This document shows positions 28,816 to 48,019 of a DNA stretch of 64,000 nt, piece after piece (the stretch's first letter is position 1; every line of letters begins with the position of its first letter). The DNA is from the human T2T-CHM13v2.0 reference genome, Homo sapiens. The notes beneath the pieces were generated by a model, which made no database searches, was not told the origin of the DNA, and saw only the letters and a program-made list of their open reading frames with translations. Position numbers and translations under genes: made by a program. The stretch lies in NCBI RefSeq assembly GCF_009914755.1, contig NC_060941.1; one strand, written 5' to 3'.

Positions 28816-30731
28816 AAAGAGGGAGGAAAGCTTAACACATATGTGGTATGTTTCAAACAAAGAAACAAAGCACAAACGAACTGAGTTAAATAGGTTTCTT
28901 CATTTCAGGCCTTCCTGCAGTCTTCAGAATGCTAATGTGCCTGTCCTTCTTCATCCTCCTTCATGGAGCACGGATACATCTGGGATCCCAAGGATTCCAC
29001 CTTAGGAAATACTACCCCAGCACCCTGGGGATGGGGGCAGAGGGGGACAGGAGTTGTCAACACACTCAGTCTAGCCTTGGCCATGCGGGCAATTCTCATC
29101 TCTATATCTGACCTTCTCCACCCATCTCCCCACCTTTCTCAGCCCCCTTTAGGGGCCCAGCACACAGTGCAGCGCTGGACAGAGAGAGGCTCTTGATGCA
29201 CCTGTAGGGTAAAGAAGGGAGCCTGTTAAACCCAGGCCTCTAAGCCAGGGACCGGAGGCAGCTCCTGTGAGCATCCCTTCTGCAGGACAGCCCCCATCAA
29301 CAGCAGAGAGGACAAGATGCTGCCTGTGGAGGGTCCCAGGAGAGCAGGCTTTGGAGAAGTGACCCCATGACTCAAAGGGCAAGTCTCGACCAGCCTCACC
29401 AACGGGGCAGGCTGCGAGTCACACGTGCTGTCTCTACACATCCGAGCCTCCCTCTGCCGGCCTCCCTGTCCTGTCCTCCTTCACCGACCACTCTGGCTGG
29501 AAAAGACAGCTGGGTTACCTTTTTAGTGTCTGGCTGGCCTGGAGCCAGCCAGGAAAAAGGACACACCTTGCGTCATTCGCACTGGCATTTTGATTGTTTT
29601 AAAAAAAAAAAAAAACACAAGAACAACATTGAAAGAGAAGCCAGTGGGCTCAGAACTGCCTGCTGTCACACGGCAGCTACAGTACGAACGGGCCCATTTC
29701 TGGGGACTTGGTCTGAGATGGCAGCACTCACTGTCTCCCTAGGAAATCCGTCACAGCTGCCCCATGTCCCTCCCACACAGGGGGTTCCTTTCTTATTTTT
29801 TTAAAAATTTAATAATATAAATATAAATAAAGTGCTTTTGAAAACCTAAAATAATTTTTGATAGAAAACACCCACCTTCCTATCACCTCTCCCACGCCTC
29901 AGCTGATTTTCTAGAGGTAATATTTTCCCATCTTTTCCAGTTTTGAGCTCTTCTGCTGGCAACTGTCATATGCCTAAGCAATATGCTTTGAATGTGCACT
30001 TTCATGTCTTCAGGTCTCAATGCTAGACAATATCCAAAGACTCCCTGCTCTGAAAGGTGAGGATCTGGCCACTCGCTTTGCGTCCCACCTCCCTCTTCCG
30101 ATCCAGTATTCCAGAGTCCTGTGATTACCTTTGGTCCTTCCTGTGGTTCCCTGTGCTGCTTCAGGTAAACTATTTAGACCAGGGATTACTTTTTCTTCTG
30201 AAAACTTTACACAGGCTCTCACCTCCCTTCCACAGAAGCTGAGGATGTCACGCTCAAGGCATTGGAAGATTAAATTCCCAGCCCCAACCACAACTTTGAC
30301 TTTCATGCTTTGCTGCCAGATTGACTCCTGAAGTCGAAAACCAACAAGTGTGCTCCACACACCATAGGATGGTGGAGACATTGGTGAATTAGTTCAACAC
30401 GGAAGCCAGGCTCTGCGGACTGAGGATATCACAAAAGAAACAGACAAAGTCCCCACCCTCAGGGAGCTTACAGTCTAGCATGGGAGAGTGAAGGTCAACT
30501 AGGAACAGGATGATGGGGACATTAAAATAGCATGCGGCTGAGATCTAAAGTGACTGCATGAGGGCTCAAAATTGAGTGGTCAGGGAAGGCTTCTTGGAGG
30601 AGGTGACATTTTTAAAAAGCCACATGAAAGGAGATGTTGTTCTCCCTGCTGATGGGTCCCATAACCTGCCTTCCAGAATCTCAGACCTAGATGTCTCCCA
30701 AGAGGCCCCTGAACAAACCTCCCACCTATTA

Positions 30732-31115
<384 letters not shown>

Positions 31116-31541
31116 TCAAAAGGTCTCCCTCACACTGTTTCAGGTGTTTTATTTGAAAGCTGCCTTGTAAACATCTACCTCCTTTTAGCTTCTACTCCGT
31201 GATGTCCACAAGAGCCACATAGGGTGGTTCTGTCCACACTTCAGGTCTTCCTGCCCCTGACAGACAGGAAAGAGCTCTGACACCTCACCTCCCCCAGCCA
31301 TCTCCTCCCACTAAGCGCCTGAGGAGGAGTGTGCAGGAGGCCACCAGAGCTGCTGCTGGCACTGCCAGGGAGACACCAACCTGCTTGGCAGCAGGCCTAA
31401 GGGACCCTCTCCCAGGCCCAACCCCTCCCTGGGTTTGCTACATCAGCCAGGTTTAAGACCCAGGACCCATCATCTCAGCCTCTCCACTGAATGTGGCATC
31501 AGGGCCCTCCCAGTTGCCCCAAAGCAGACAGCGGACATTAC

Positions 31542-31622
31542 CTGTTGGAGGCAGAGAGCTCCTGTGAGAGCCAGGGCTGGCTGGAATCCCAGGAGAACTG
31601 CTGGGACGTTCCCAGGTGGTCT
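31542..31622 (-). CDS. GAS7: GAS7 coding exon (81 nt, phase 1-1; exon 3 of the long isoform): end of the WW domain plus Pro/Ser linker
   Basis: Minus-strand acceptor TTTGCTCTTCTTTCACCAG| and donor CAG|GTAATG. Translates (E)TTWERPSSSPGIPASPGSHRSSLPPT, matching recalled GAS7 protein. Phase joins the next exon (G|TG = Val). Confidence 0.96.
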
Positions 31623-32232
31623 CTGGTGAAAGAAGAGCAAAGAAAATCACTTTGAGAATGTCACAGGGCAGAACCTGAGTTTCACAGAGCAGAAGGAGAT
31701 GCTCAGAGCTGGAGAAAAAGAGAGACAGCCAATCGCCCTCCTCCCCAACCCTGGCCAGACAGGACCCTGCTTTCTGCTCCCATATCCATCCATCTCCCTT
31801 CCTGGCCCCTGCCCCCTTCCACCATCCCATGACCACAGAGCTTGTTTTTGCTGGGGGCCCTTCTTGATGAGGCTGGGGCCAGAAGGAGATGGACTTCCTG
31901 TTGAGATGTCAAGATCCTCTAAAATATCCTCTGCCCCAACCTGCCTCTTCATTCACCCCTACTTTGTCTCGGGGCTCTGGACTCTTCTCCTGGAACCCTG
32001 AAGTTGCCAACCAGGTATTTCTCCCCAAATGTCCACTGTTACCTGAAACTCCAAAGCACAGAGGTGCAGGAGCCTGTAAAGAGACAGGGGCCCTCTGCCA
32101 CCTGGTGGTGACTTCCAAGTTTCTTCCTGATTTCGCAGTTCTAAGTCTCATTTGAGCTGTAACTGCTGAATTTGCCTGGTCACCTCTCTCTCTTCCAATG
32201 CCCTGCTACAGGCTCTAATCAGAAATAAAACT

Positions 32233-32522
32233 GGCCGGGCACAGTGGCTCACAACTGTAATCCCAGCACTTTGGGAGGCCTAGGTGGGCAGATCACTTGA
32301 GGTCAGGAGTTCGAGACCGGCCTGGCCAACATGGTGAAACCCTGTCTCTACTAAAAACACAAAAATTAGCCAGGCGTGGTGGCACGTGCCTGTGATCCCA
32401 GCTACTCAGGAGGCTGAGGCAGGAGAACCCTTGAACCTGGGAGGCAGAGGTTGCAGTGAGCCGAGATTGTGCCACTGCACTCCAGCCTGGGAGACAGAAT
32501 GAGACTCTGCCTCAAAAAAAAA
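32233..32522 (+). mobile_element. AluSx-like
   Basis: Alu dimer; tail expanded into a GAAA-type STR. Confidence 0.9.
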
Positions 32523-32573
32523 GAAAGAAAGAAAGGAAAGAAAGGAAAGAAAGGAAAGAAAGGAAAGAAAGGA

Positions 32574-32620
<47 letters not shown>

Positions 32621-32646
32621 CAAAGAAAGCAAAGAAAGAGAGAAAA
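32514..32646. repeat. Compound purine STR: (GAAAGGAAA)5(GAAA)11 plus variants
   Basis: Read directly; no pyrimidine between 32514 and 32620. Confidence 0.95.
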
Positions 32647-32958
32647 CTAATACTGCAAGCTATAGTATTGTCCCCCAAACACTACTTTACCCATTTCACT
32701 GCCATGAGCAGAGACTTCTTATGAAGTTATCTAGTGATAAAAATAATACTTTCTCACTACATACAATTTGATAATGCAGGAAAACACACAAAAATAAATA
32801 TCACCCATCATCCCACCATTCAGAGGTCATCACCATCAACATTTTGGTATCCATATGTTGATTTGTTTTCTAAGCATATGTTCCTCTTTAAAATGAGACA
32901 AAATCAAACTATAGATTCTTTTTATGTATAAATTTTTGTGAATACCTTTCCAAAATCT

Positions 32959-33617
<659 letters not shown>

Positions 33618-35356
33618 TTAGGCTCTGTTTAGTGTGGTGATTCTAGACCCAGACTGCCTGGGTTGGAATCCAGCTCTGCCTCTCACCACCACTATCCTTG
33701 GCCAAGCTACTTATTCTCTGTGACTCCCTTTCCTCCTATGTAAAATGAGTTCAATAAGGTGTCCACCCAAGGGAGATACTGTACCAATACCAAAGGCCCA
33801 CATACATGCCTCTAGCGCTAAGTCATTTTTAAAGTTAGTCTGATATGAGGATATAACATTATTTAGTTAAAAATTCCATTACTGAAAATTCAATTGTTTC
33901 AAACAATAAAAACAAAACTGGGTTCTTGACTCAACTTTGCTCCTAAACTACCGTGCAGCCCTAGGCAAATCGCACCACCCTTCTGGTCCTCTGATGCTTC
34001 ATCCAAAATAAAGAGGTTCGGCTACTTGGTCTCGTAGGCCCCAATACTCCCGCTCTCTAGGTGTGATTGGTGGTCTCAAGGCCCATGGTTTGGGTTTCAG
34101 GAAGGGTGAACCTGGACTCCAGGGGCAGGCATAACAGGGGTAATATGGTCCCTTCATGTCTTAAGGGAGAGAAAACAGAATTGAGGGTGATCTGGAAAGC
34201 AGAGACGGTGTGAACATAAACCAGACAGTAGTAGGGTCTTTTATGAGGAGTGACAAGGAGAGAGGCTGCCAGCAGGCTTAGGAGCTTCTCCAAGGGACCC
34301 ACTGGCTGGCAAGAGCAGGAAGCCTTGGAGAACTTACTTCAAAGACCACTGCCCTGCTTAGGGCCCACGTCATAAGCCATTCATACGCTGAGTGACCTCT
34401 GGAATCATCTGAACTCTATATTCTGTTTTTCTCAACTATAAAATGGGGATGAAAATGGTACCTAAGTAGGCTGGGAAAGAGCATTAATTGGGTTCACCTG
34501 TACAAAGCACTTAGGATAACATCGGGCACATGGTATGTGCTTTCTCAGCACTAAATAAAACAGACAGACAAGCCCGGTGGAGCTTCGATGAGCAAAAGCA
34601 GCGAGGTGGGCATCCCCAGGAGCAGATGCACCATCCAGCCTCAGGCTCCTTCCTAGGCAGGCTTCTCTTCTCTCCTGCCCGTTGAATCAGCCCTGCCTGG
34701 AGGCCGCACTGTTGCCTTCACATCCACAGAGTCAAGACCGGGCTCCCCTCTCCACCCTCTCCTCCGAGTCTCCTGGGTTCCCTGGCCCCTGGACAACCAG
34801 GGACAGGGCTCACTCACCATCACCAGCTCCACCCTATGTCCCATCCCTCATATCTAATTGGTTCCCAGGGCCTGGAGATGCCCCTCCATCACGTTCCTCT
34901 TGTCTTCTCCATGTCACTCCAGAGCCAGTCTCCCTGCCTTTTGAAATCCGTCCACTCACAGCTAGTGGACCACTCACCCTAGAGCCCAGCTTTCGCCGGA
35001 GGTCACTTCACAGCGAAAATCCCTGGCTAGCTCCTTTCCAACATGGCACACGGAATCAATTCCGAAGTCCACTGGCCTCCTGGCAAAGTGCTCCAGGATC
35101 CCAACCCTGACTGCATCCAGACTGACATCCCACTGGCTTCACTTCAGGCCCAGTTAACTTGCCTCGCCGATCTCTAAATACGCCTTTCCCGTATTGTTCA
35201 CCCATACCTGCCGCCTCCTGCTCCCCCATCCCTGGATATCACAACCTTGTTCACTCATCAAGTCTCAACTAAAATGTCTCTTCCACCATGCAGCCTATCA
35301 AGATTGCTCTTCTTCCCTGCAAAGAGTTCTTCCCCAGACTCTCTAGAGTGGGTGCT

Positions 35357-35718
35357 GTAGTGCACCACCCAAATCTCTCTAGCTGCAGAGGCTCATAGCT
35401 GAGTCCCTCTCAGGGAACCGCCCTTAGCCAAAGAGAGCTGCCGTGCCCAAGGCTATGCCTAGAGTAGGGGTGCAGGGTGCACATCTAATGACTGGGGTGA
35501 GAGGGGATCAACGGCCCACCAATCCCCTTGTCTCAAATCAAACAATTCTGAAGGCCCCTCCCAGCTCAGAGCTCCCCACGGCGCTGCCGAGGCCTCCTTG
35601 GTGGCCGCATTGCAATGCTGCTTCCTTCCTTCCCCGGGGGTTGCTCCCAGGAGCACACACCCTACTGAAACTCCTGCATGTAAATCTGCCTCAAGTCTTC
35701 TTGAGAACCTGACCTAAG
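35357..35718 (+). mobile_element. LTR16-family (ERVL) solo LTR
   Basis: AATTCTGAAGGCCCCTCCCAGCTCAGAGCTCCCCAC and 3' end CTCCTGCATGTAAATCT...GAGAACCTGACCTAAG resemble LTR16C. Confidence 0.65.
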
Positions 35719-37255
35719 TCCTGCAACACACACATTCCATCCAGCTTTTTTCTAGGAAATCAGCACTTTGTCCATCCCTCAGACAGCTCAGATCCTAACC
35801 TTGACACCTTATCTCCTTGAGGGTCGAAGCCACGGCTGGTTCGCCCTCTCAAATACGGCACCTGGCCTGAAGGATGCAAGGACAGATGGGCCAACAGAAA
35901 GACGGACATTGTGACAGCACAAGAGAGATTCCCACCTGATGTGCTCTCCAGGAATAAACAGCAGGGAAAAGGTCCCAGAAAACTTTCCCTTTGTGCTGCT
36001 GCCACCACCCCTTTGGTGGCTGACACCATTGACCTTATTTTAAAAGGAAGTCCCACCAGCTGATGTGCAGACACCACCTTTGATCTTCTGGTTGGGGCAG
36101 AGGGTCACAATTCATGCACTGACTACTCCTTCCATCCTTGCACCCATTCATCCATCACTGTTTGCCTACTACCTGCGAGCCATCACCAACCACTGCGGAC
36201 CCAAAATAACATCTGGACTATTGAACAGAGAAGCTGCTGGTCCCCGTTCCTCTCCCCATCCCCCATCCTTGAGCCCTCCATGAAGGGAACTACCAGTACA
36301 GAGGCAATCAGAACAGCAGCCAGCAGCTCCGGGGGCTGCAGGAGGCTCTGAAACCCTAGGTGGACGCTGGCCTGCAGTCTGAATGCTGCTGTCCATGTGG
36401 GGACCCGATGGGAGGCCCCTTTCCCTGCCCTCACTGGCCTGGTCAACTCCCAGACCCCCCACAAGCTAGAGTCTCCGTAAGTACCATATCCCTCCCCTCT
36501 AACCTCCAAATGGGCCCCATCAGGGACGATGCAGCTGCCTGAAGGATTCAGCCCAGTCCATCTCCTTGTCTTGGCGAGATCTGACCAACCCATAACACAA
36601 AGACACTGTGAGCCTGGGGCAGGGATGGTGCTGAGCCAGGCCAGGCCAGGCCAGGCAGACATCTGGAGAGAGCCACTGGGGCTCTGGCTGGGTGACCTCA
36701 CCAGCAGCAGGACAAGTCACCCCAGAGGACCATACTACCCACAGGGAGGAAGCCGTGTCCAGGTCTTTTCCAATACAAGATTCCCTAATCTGCTTACAAC
36801 ACATCTGGCTCCTTGACCAAGTCACAGTAAGACTGAAGCGGCAGCTCCAGGCCTCAAGAGATGCTGGATTGAGACCCTTCTGCATTCTCTGGACGTCCAT
36901 CCCTGTGGTCTTAGGTCATCCCGGATGACTGCCCACACTCTACTAACAGAGCCATGGCCACACAGGCCCCAGAGGTTCTAGGAGGAACAGTGCGGTCAGA
37001 GTGGAAGAAGTGAGATGTGCCCCGGGGAGCCTCTTCCCACCCCACCTAATTCACACAAAACACATATTTTCCTAGTGGTAACTAGAACTCCATTCAGACC
37101 TCTTCCGCTGAGACCCAGAGAGCCATATACTGGCCATGGATGAAACCAGTCTAAGGGAGGTACTATTTTAGCATTAATGCTAAGAGCCAAAGATGTTAAT
37201 CTTCTCCTCAGCGAATGCCAGTGTCTACCCCACATAGAATAAAACTTATAAAGAC

Positions 37256-37402
37256 AGCTGGGCACAGTGGCACACGCCTGTAGTCCCAGCTACTTGGGAG
37301 GCTGATGCAATAGGATCCAGGAGTTCAAGTCCAGCCTGGACAACACAGCAAGACCCTATCTCTATAAATGAATAAATGAATGGATGAGTGAGTGAATGAA
37401 TA
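37256..37402 (+). mobile_element. FLAM-type Alu monomer with (GAAT)n tail
   Basis: Monomer sequence followed by ATGAATAAATGAATGGATGAGTGAGTGAATGAAT. Confidence 0.75.
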
Positions 37403-38334
37403 ATTTGTAAAGTGAGAGACCAGTTGAAAGCTTGAAGACTATGTAAATCTGAGTTTCAAAGCACAGATGCCCCTTCTTCAAAATAATAATAATAAATTTT
37501 AAAAACAGTGAGCTAGGCGGAAGTTATTAATTTTAAATAGTCACTTCCGGGCTTCATTTCCCCTTGTTAAGGCTGCATCCTGCCTGCATTAGCAATATTG
37601 GGCTCCAGTGGGAAAGCCACAAGGAGCCCCTGGACCTAAGCCACTGGTTATGGTGACTGGCCATGGGCCCACCTACAAGCCTCTGGCCCCCAGTGGCCTC
37701 CTGCTGGGGCTCGTCCACTTTTCTTGGCTTGTGCCGGCTCTCTGCTGCCCCCTGTGGTTATCAGGTAAAATAACCACAGATACCAGAGCAGAAGGAAATG
37801 GACTCTGGGGTCTTGACTTTGATCTGAGATTCCTGCAGTCTTCTCCTCTTTGCCTCTCTTTATACTCACCCTTCTGTGCTACTTGCTCTATCTCCTCCTC
37901 CCCCACCACCAAATTTTCTTTCTTCCTTGCCCTGGTTTGGCGGTCTCTCTACCCATGGCTTCTCTCCTTGCCCTGTAGTCCTCACAAGGAGGGTCTGCCT
38001 AGCTATGGCCAGGTTTTTCTAGTCAGATGGCAGCCCTGCCACTCCGTTTCTCAGCCCTTCTCCCTTCCTACCCAGAAGCTGGCTTGCCCCCAGGCTATGC
38101 TGCCCTGTCCTCCAAGCGAGCCCCATTGCCTTGGTCCAGGCAGATGCAGAATTTGCAATCAGGCCACATTCTCCTGGAGGCCCCTGCTTATCTCCCTTGG
38201 CCAATACAAAAGCAGCAGTTCACAGAGACCTGGTTCCCTCCTGCGCACCAGAGTTTCCTCCATCTCTGGTTTTTCAATGCCTTCCAGTACAGCCATTGCT
38301 ACAAGACATTTGAAATTCCCTCTTAAAAGTAAAT

Positions 38335-38448
38335 GGCTGAGGCAGGAGAATTGCTTGAAGCCAGGAGGCGGAGGTTGTGGTGAGCAGAGATCGCGTCGTT
38401 GCACTCCAGCCTGGGTGACAGAGCAAGACTCCATCTCGAAAAAAAAAA
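38335..38448 (+). mobile_element. 5'-truncated Alu (right-arm fragment)
   Basis: GGCTGAGGCAGGAGAA... through the A tail. Confidence 0.85.
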
Positions 38449-38600
38449 TTAAATGATATTTAAATCACAACCACAGTTTCTCTGCAGGAAAGAAACTACT
38501 CTCTGAAGAACCATTTACGCCTGGTCACGCCAAGCCCCTCCACATCTGGCATCCCCTTCAGCGGTCACAAAACACCTATGAGATAGGTGCTGTCATTTCC

Positions 38601-38885
38601 TTTTTTTTTTTTTTTTTGAGACGGAGTCTCGCTCTGTTGCCCAGACCGGAGTACAGTGGCGCGATATCAGCTCACTGCAAGCTCCGCCTCCCAGGTTCCC
38701 GCCATTCTCCTGCCTCAGCCTCCTGAAGAGCTGGGACTACAGGAGCCTGCCACCACGCCCGGCTAATTTTTTTGTATTTTTAGTAGAGACAGGGTTTCAC
38801 CGTGTTAGCCAGGATGGTCTCGATCTCCTGACCTCATGATCCGTCTGTCTCAGCCTCCCAAAGTGCTGGGACTACGCGCCCGGCC
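38601..38885 (-). mobile_element. AluY-like with a short deletion across the Pol III A-box
   Basis: AluY diagnostics; GGGACTAC joined directly to GCGCCCGGCC; TSD CATTTCC. Confidence 0.85.
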
Positions 38886-39509
38886 CATTTCCACTTTTAA
38901 TGGAAGGAACTGAGGCCTCAGTGAGAAGTGGCATCTCTGGAACTCAGTCTGACAACAAAGACCACCATTTTCTGGCCACACTCACCGTGTCTGAGCTCTA
39001 GGCTGGGACTCTGGGAGCTGCAGCAAAACAGTGTATTTTAATCTATAAACAACCCTTTATTTGAGAATCATCCTCAATATGAATATTATTATTATTCATT
39101 CAACACATATTTGAGGGCCTATTCTGTGTCAGGCACTGTGCTGGACACGGGGTTATATTGCAGGAAATATAAGTGGTTAAACTCCTCCTCCTTCAGCTTA
39201 AATTCTAGTGGTCATTATGCCATTCCATCTTTAGTTAATTTTAGACACATGCACATGTGTATAAAATGTGTATGTGTATAAAATTTTCCGTAAGTGAAAA
39301 CTTAAAAATTTTCTAATGGGATTGGGGGAGGGAGTTGTGCCAGGAGACAAAAAATAAGCAAAACATATCAGGTTAGCTCTTGGTACACACTAAGGAGAAT
39401 AAAGCAAGGAAGGGGGATAGAAAGTGTTATGAGAACAAAGCTGTAATTTAAGAATGGCCAGGGAAGGCCTCACCAAAAAAGGAACACAGAATGAAGATCT
39501 GAGAGAAAT

Positions 39510-40316
<807 letters not shown>

Positions 40317-42315
40317 GAGGGAAGGAGCAAGCCACACACATATCTGAGGGAAGAGAATCCCAAATGAAGGGAACATAAAATAAAAATGTTCTGAGGCAGA
40401 AGCATGTCCTTCATCATAGAGAGCAGCAAGGAGGATAGTGTGGCTGAAGAGGAATTGTGGGGAAGGGAAAATAGAAGATGAGGTCAGAGGTAATGGGGGC
40501 CAGATTGGATCATCCAGGGCAGTAGTTCTCAAAGTATGGTTCCCGGACCAGCAACATCAGCATTATCTGGAACCTGCTGGGTGCCCTCTGGGTGATTGTG
40601 GTATACTCTAAGGTCTGAGAATCCGTTATTAAGAGCTCTGGCGCTGGCATCTTACAGACAGATGTTCAAAAATCCCAGATCTATTCCTTTTAACAAGGAC
40701 CATGTTATTTGGCCTCGGTTTCCCTGTTGTAAAGTACGGGATAGCAGTATAGGGGTCCCAGCTTCCTGGTGTTGAGGACGGAACTCAGTGAGGTACATAC
40801 AGCTCTTAGCACAGTTTCTGACACAGAGTAAGCACTCACAGACACTAAGAACAACAATAAGACAAAACAAAAAACTAAAACCACCTCCATTCCTTCCTTC
40901 CTCTTCTTTGCTTCCCAACTTCTACCCCAGAAGCTGGATCCCTGCCTCACCCCTCCTTTTGATGCCTACAAGGAGCACATCTCCCAAAAGAGGGGTGCTA
41001 GGGGTGAAGGGGGGCTAGAATGCCTTCTTTAGCATTGCTGCAGTGTCAGGCTATCCCTTAGTTAACCAGGGAAACATCACTATGAGTGGTCCCCAACTTC
41101 CCACTCACAGCTGCTTACAAAATTCTTAGGGCAGCCCTACAATCTTGGTGGGGAGCAGGGGCTCCTGTGCCCATTTCACAGATGATACAGAAACTGTGTT
41201 ACTGATGGGATGAAGCAGAGGCCCCGTCAGTGTCCTGGCCCTTTGATATTTGCCAGAACCAAGCTCTGGTCTGGCTCCAGCCTGCACAGAGGGCCTGTGA
41301 AAGAGCAGGGCCAGGAATCCAGGAATAGCCAAGGAATTCGAAGGGTCGCAGGGAGTAGGGGGTGCTGCCTGGAGCTGTCCAAGCCTGTCTCTCAATCCCC
41401 ATTAGGATCCCTGATCTACCAGCCTCCTTACAGAGCGTAGACCCGTGCAAACACACCGGGAATCTGTGAGCATTTAAAAGACGATCACTGACCCAAACTT
41501 GGGTTGAAGGGCAAGGAAGGTTGACTGCAATGTTGGAGAAATATGTCTTGTCACCGAGACAACAGGTGCTGGTAACCCACTGCCAGCTCACGCATATGAC
41601 TCCCATCTTATGGTTGAGAAACTGAGAAGACACCTTATCGAATCCAAAGCCTGGATGCTCCAGATCCAGAACCTAAGCACAGGTGTTTGGCAAAGCTCTG
41701 GTCTCATTTCCCAATCCAGTTACTCACCAGAACTACTGGAGCCACTTGTTAGAAATACTGGTGCCCAGACCTCACACCTGGAGCTTCTGGTTGAGTAGGC
41801 TGGGAGGAACTCAACTCATCATTTTTATCAAGCGATCTCAGTGACTAACCACATGTCGGGAAAACTAGTATAGTCCATAGCAGGACGGTCACGGAACCCA
41901 GCCAAGGATCAGGAGGTACCTGGGCCCAGACAAAAGCCCCAGGGAGTGGGTTAGACTTAGGATCAGGCAAGGTACATGGTAGCAATGTAGAGTAATTTAA
42001 GGAACCCCCCAGATGTTACCCCAACCTTCTAAGAGCCGCGGCTTTGACATGGGTCTTTGCTACCTACTTGAGTTCCCAGGGGTGCTATATGAATTAGAAG
42101 AGATTGCCACAAACCCATGAGCATGACTGAGTCCTCAGAGTCTTTCTAGAATAGGTGAAGATGAGGAGAAAGGAGAAGGCACAAAAGCAGTGAGTGCTGC
42201 AGTGAGGGAAGCCCGGAGGGAAAAGGTTCCGGGGAGAAGGTTCCAGTGTGTGGGCACAGGCAGCAGGAGTCGGGGAGGTGTTTCTAGCAGGGCCTGGCCT
42301 CCTTCCCAAAGTCTT

Positions 42316-44621
<2,306 letters not shown>

Positions 44622-45844
44622 TAAGCCCCTGAGGGCCAAGTCCTGAGTTAGAGGGCAGGAAAGACAAGTTTCAAGCAATCCTGTTCCCAGGTGTTTGGAG
44701 CTGACAGGGAAAGTGAGGCAGCCAGCTATTCTCACCGTGACGTGGCAACGGAAGAGTCCAGGTGGCCTAACAGTCCAGTCCCTGTGCTCCTTGTCAATTC
44801 ATTCAGACTTTCTGAGCACTGGGGAGCAGCAGGGGGGCTCACAGTATCGTCTCTGCCCTAGGGAGCTAACAGGCTGGCTGGAAGAAGAATCTCTTTCTGC
44901 CTCAGCTACATCCCCTGCTTTCATACCTATCCCTCCCACCAGATGTATTCTGAGGGTTGTGACTGTATTGAATAAATGTGGACCTGTCTCCTGGGCACCA
45001 AGGACACTCAGTAATTGATAAATGAAGGAAGACTCAGCTCAAATCAACTATTAGAATTATGTTCAGTAACATGGCTGATGGCTGATTTTTAAAGATACAT
45101 GTGTATATGCATGTAGATAAAAAGAAAGATAAAGAGACGAGGGAAAGACCAAGAAGGGGGCCAGGGAGACAGATAAAGCCTCTATTCCCTTTGTGTGGTA
45201 TGAACTACCTATCAGTGAGCAGCCCAGTTTAAAAAGAGCAAAGAACATATACAGGTGATTTACAGAAAAAACAATTGCAAATGATCAATAACAAAAAAAA
45301 AAAAAGATACTCATTCTCATTCAAAATTGGAGAAATACAAGTTAAGACTGTAAGATACTATATTTTCACCCATGGGGAAAATAACCTCCTTTGTGACTGA
45401 TAACCCCTATCTAACCAGGATCTGCAAAAACAGGTGAGAATGCCTGTCTGTGAAAGGTAATTTGGAGATATCCATCAAAAGCCCAAATGCACGTGTCTTT
45501 TGACCTAACAATAGCTTTAGGTGTGCAATAATGTAAGTATGAAGGTATTTTGTGGAGCACTTTTCATTAGAGGGAAAAGACTCTTGGGAAGTGACCTAAA
45601 TGTTCACCAACAGGGGACAATGATGTATCGACAGGGTGGCATCCTGTGGAGCTGCTGAAGTGCATGAGTGCTGGAGTGAAAGGCTCCAAAACACACTACG
45701 TGTACAAAAGGTTCTCACTTTAACAAAAGGGCATAAATAAAATGTCTGTGCTTGTATATGCAAGGCAAATGTGCCGAAAGAATACACATGAAGCATTTGA
45801 TGCTGGTTCTTTCTTAAAAATGAAACCAAAGTAAGAAGACTATA

Positions 45845-46716
<872 letters not shown>

Positions 46717-47196
46717 TGAATCTATGAGAAATTTCCATGATAGAAAACAGACAAAACTTGGTGTAGGAACAGAGAGACAGACCAAGGGGAAAAAGACCAG
46801 AAACAGACTCAGCCAGACTAGTTTAGCGTATGGTAAAGAGGTGCTTCTCAAGGCAATGGTGAAAGGCTGAATCAGTCAATGCTATTTGAACGATGGGAGA
46901 ACTACTTGAAAAATATTGAGGTAGGTCCCTTTCTCATTCATTTTCAGAAATTAAATTCCATATGGCTTAATATTTTAAAGGGGCCGGGCGGGTGGGGGCG
47001 GGGGCGGTGGAAACAGTCCATAAGACTGCTAGAAGAAAATATTACCATCTTTTATTGGTAAAGACCTTTTAAAGTGTGGCCTCAAAGGGCAGAAATCACA
47101 AAAGGAAAAGATTGGCATATTTATCTATTAAGTGGAGTTTTAAAAATCACAGTCAGAATAATAAAACATAAAAAATGACAACCATTTGCTACATCT

Positions 47197-48019
47197 GATA
47201 ACATAGGAAAAACTAAACTGTTTCTCCTACTCTCTACCCAACATCACTCAACACTTCTGACATCAGGTATATGGGAGTTTTCCCCGCCATACTAGCCAGC
47301 AAGTCTCCAGCGGACACAAGCAGAGTGTCCTACAACTTAAATCGATTCTGATACTATCTACCTGGAGATAGCATCAGATCCCACAGGCTGAAGGCTCATT
47401 CCCACAAGACTACTCCCCACTTCAGACACCAATCACAAGCAGCAGGTTGTCACCTACACATCTGACAGATAGGCTATAAATCAGGGATTCTGTAACTCCC
47501 TCCACGGGTTCGATTCCTTTGCAAAAGCAGCTCACTGAACTCACGGAAACGCTTTACTAACCTTTACCCACTTATTACACAGGCTATGACAAAGGATACA
47601 GATGAAGAGGCAGATGGAAGAGATGCACAGGGCCAGGGATGGGGGAAGGGGCACAGGGCTTCCATGCCCTCTCCTGGCACCACTCCCCAGGCTCCATGTG
47701 GTCAGTTGACCAGAAGCTCTCTACACCCTGTTTTTCTAGGTTCTTACGGGGGCTTCAGTACATAGACACGATTGATGTCATCACTGGGAATTGATAATCA
47801 GCCTCTTTCCTCTCCCCAGAGGTTTGTGGGGTAGGCGCTGAAGTTCCAACCTTCTAAGCATGCCTTGGTCTTTCCTGTGACCAGCTGCCATCCTGAAGCT
47901 GCCTAGGGGATCCCAGACACCCATCATCTCATTAGCAAACAAGAGACTAACATTCTGGAGATTCCAAGGTTTATGCCAGGGAGCTGGATGGAAGACCAAA
48001 TATATATTTCACAATATCC
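47197..48019 (-). mobile_element. MER21 (B/C-like) ERVL solo LTR
   Basis: CTACCTGGAGATAGCATCAGATCCCACAGG; CATCTCATTAGCA; GACCAAATATATATTTC...AATATC terminus. Confidence 0.75.

Noticed and set aside
32036-32065. Minus-strand TTTCAG|GTAACA as a recursive splice site
   Set aside because: Weak, AG-interrupted pyrimidine tract only ~0.4 kb from the real acceptor; expected by chance.
37608-38456. 282-aa plus-strand ORF
   Set aside because: Non-ATG start, no recognisable domain, ends in an Alu fragment and is antisense to GAS7; consistent with a chance ORF.
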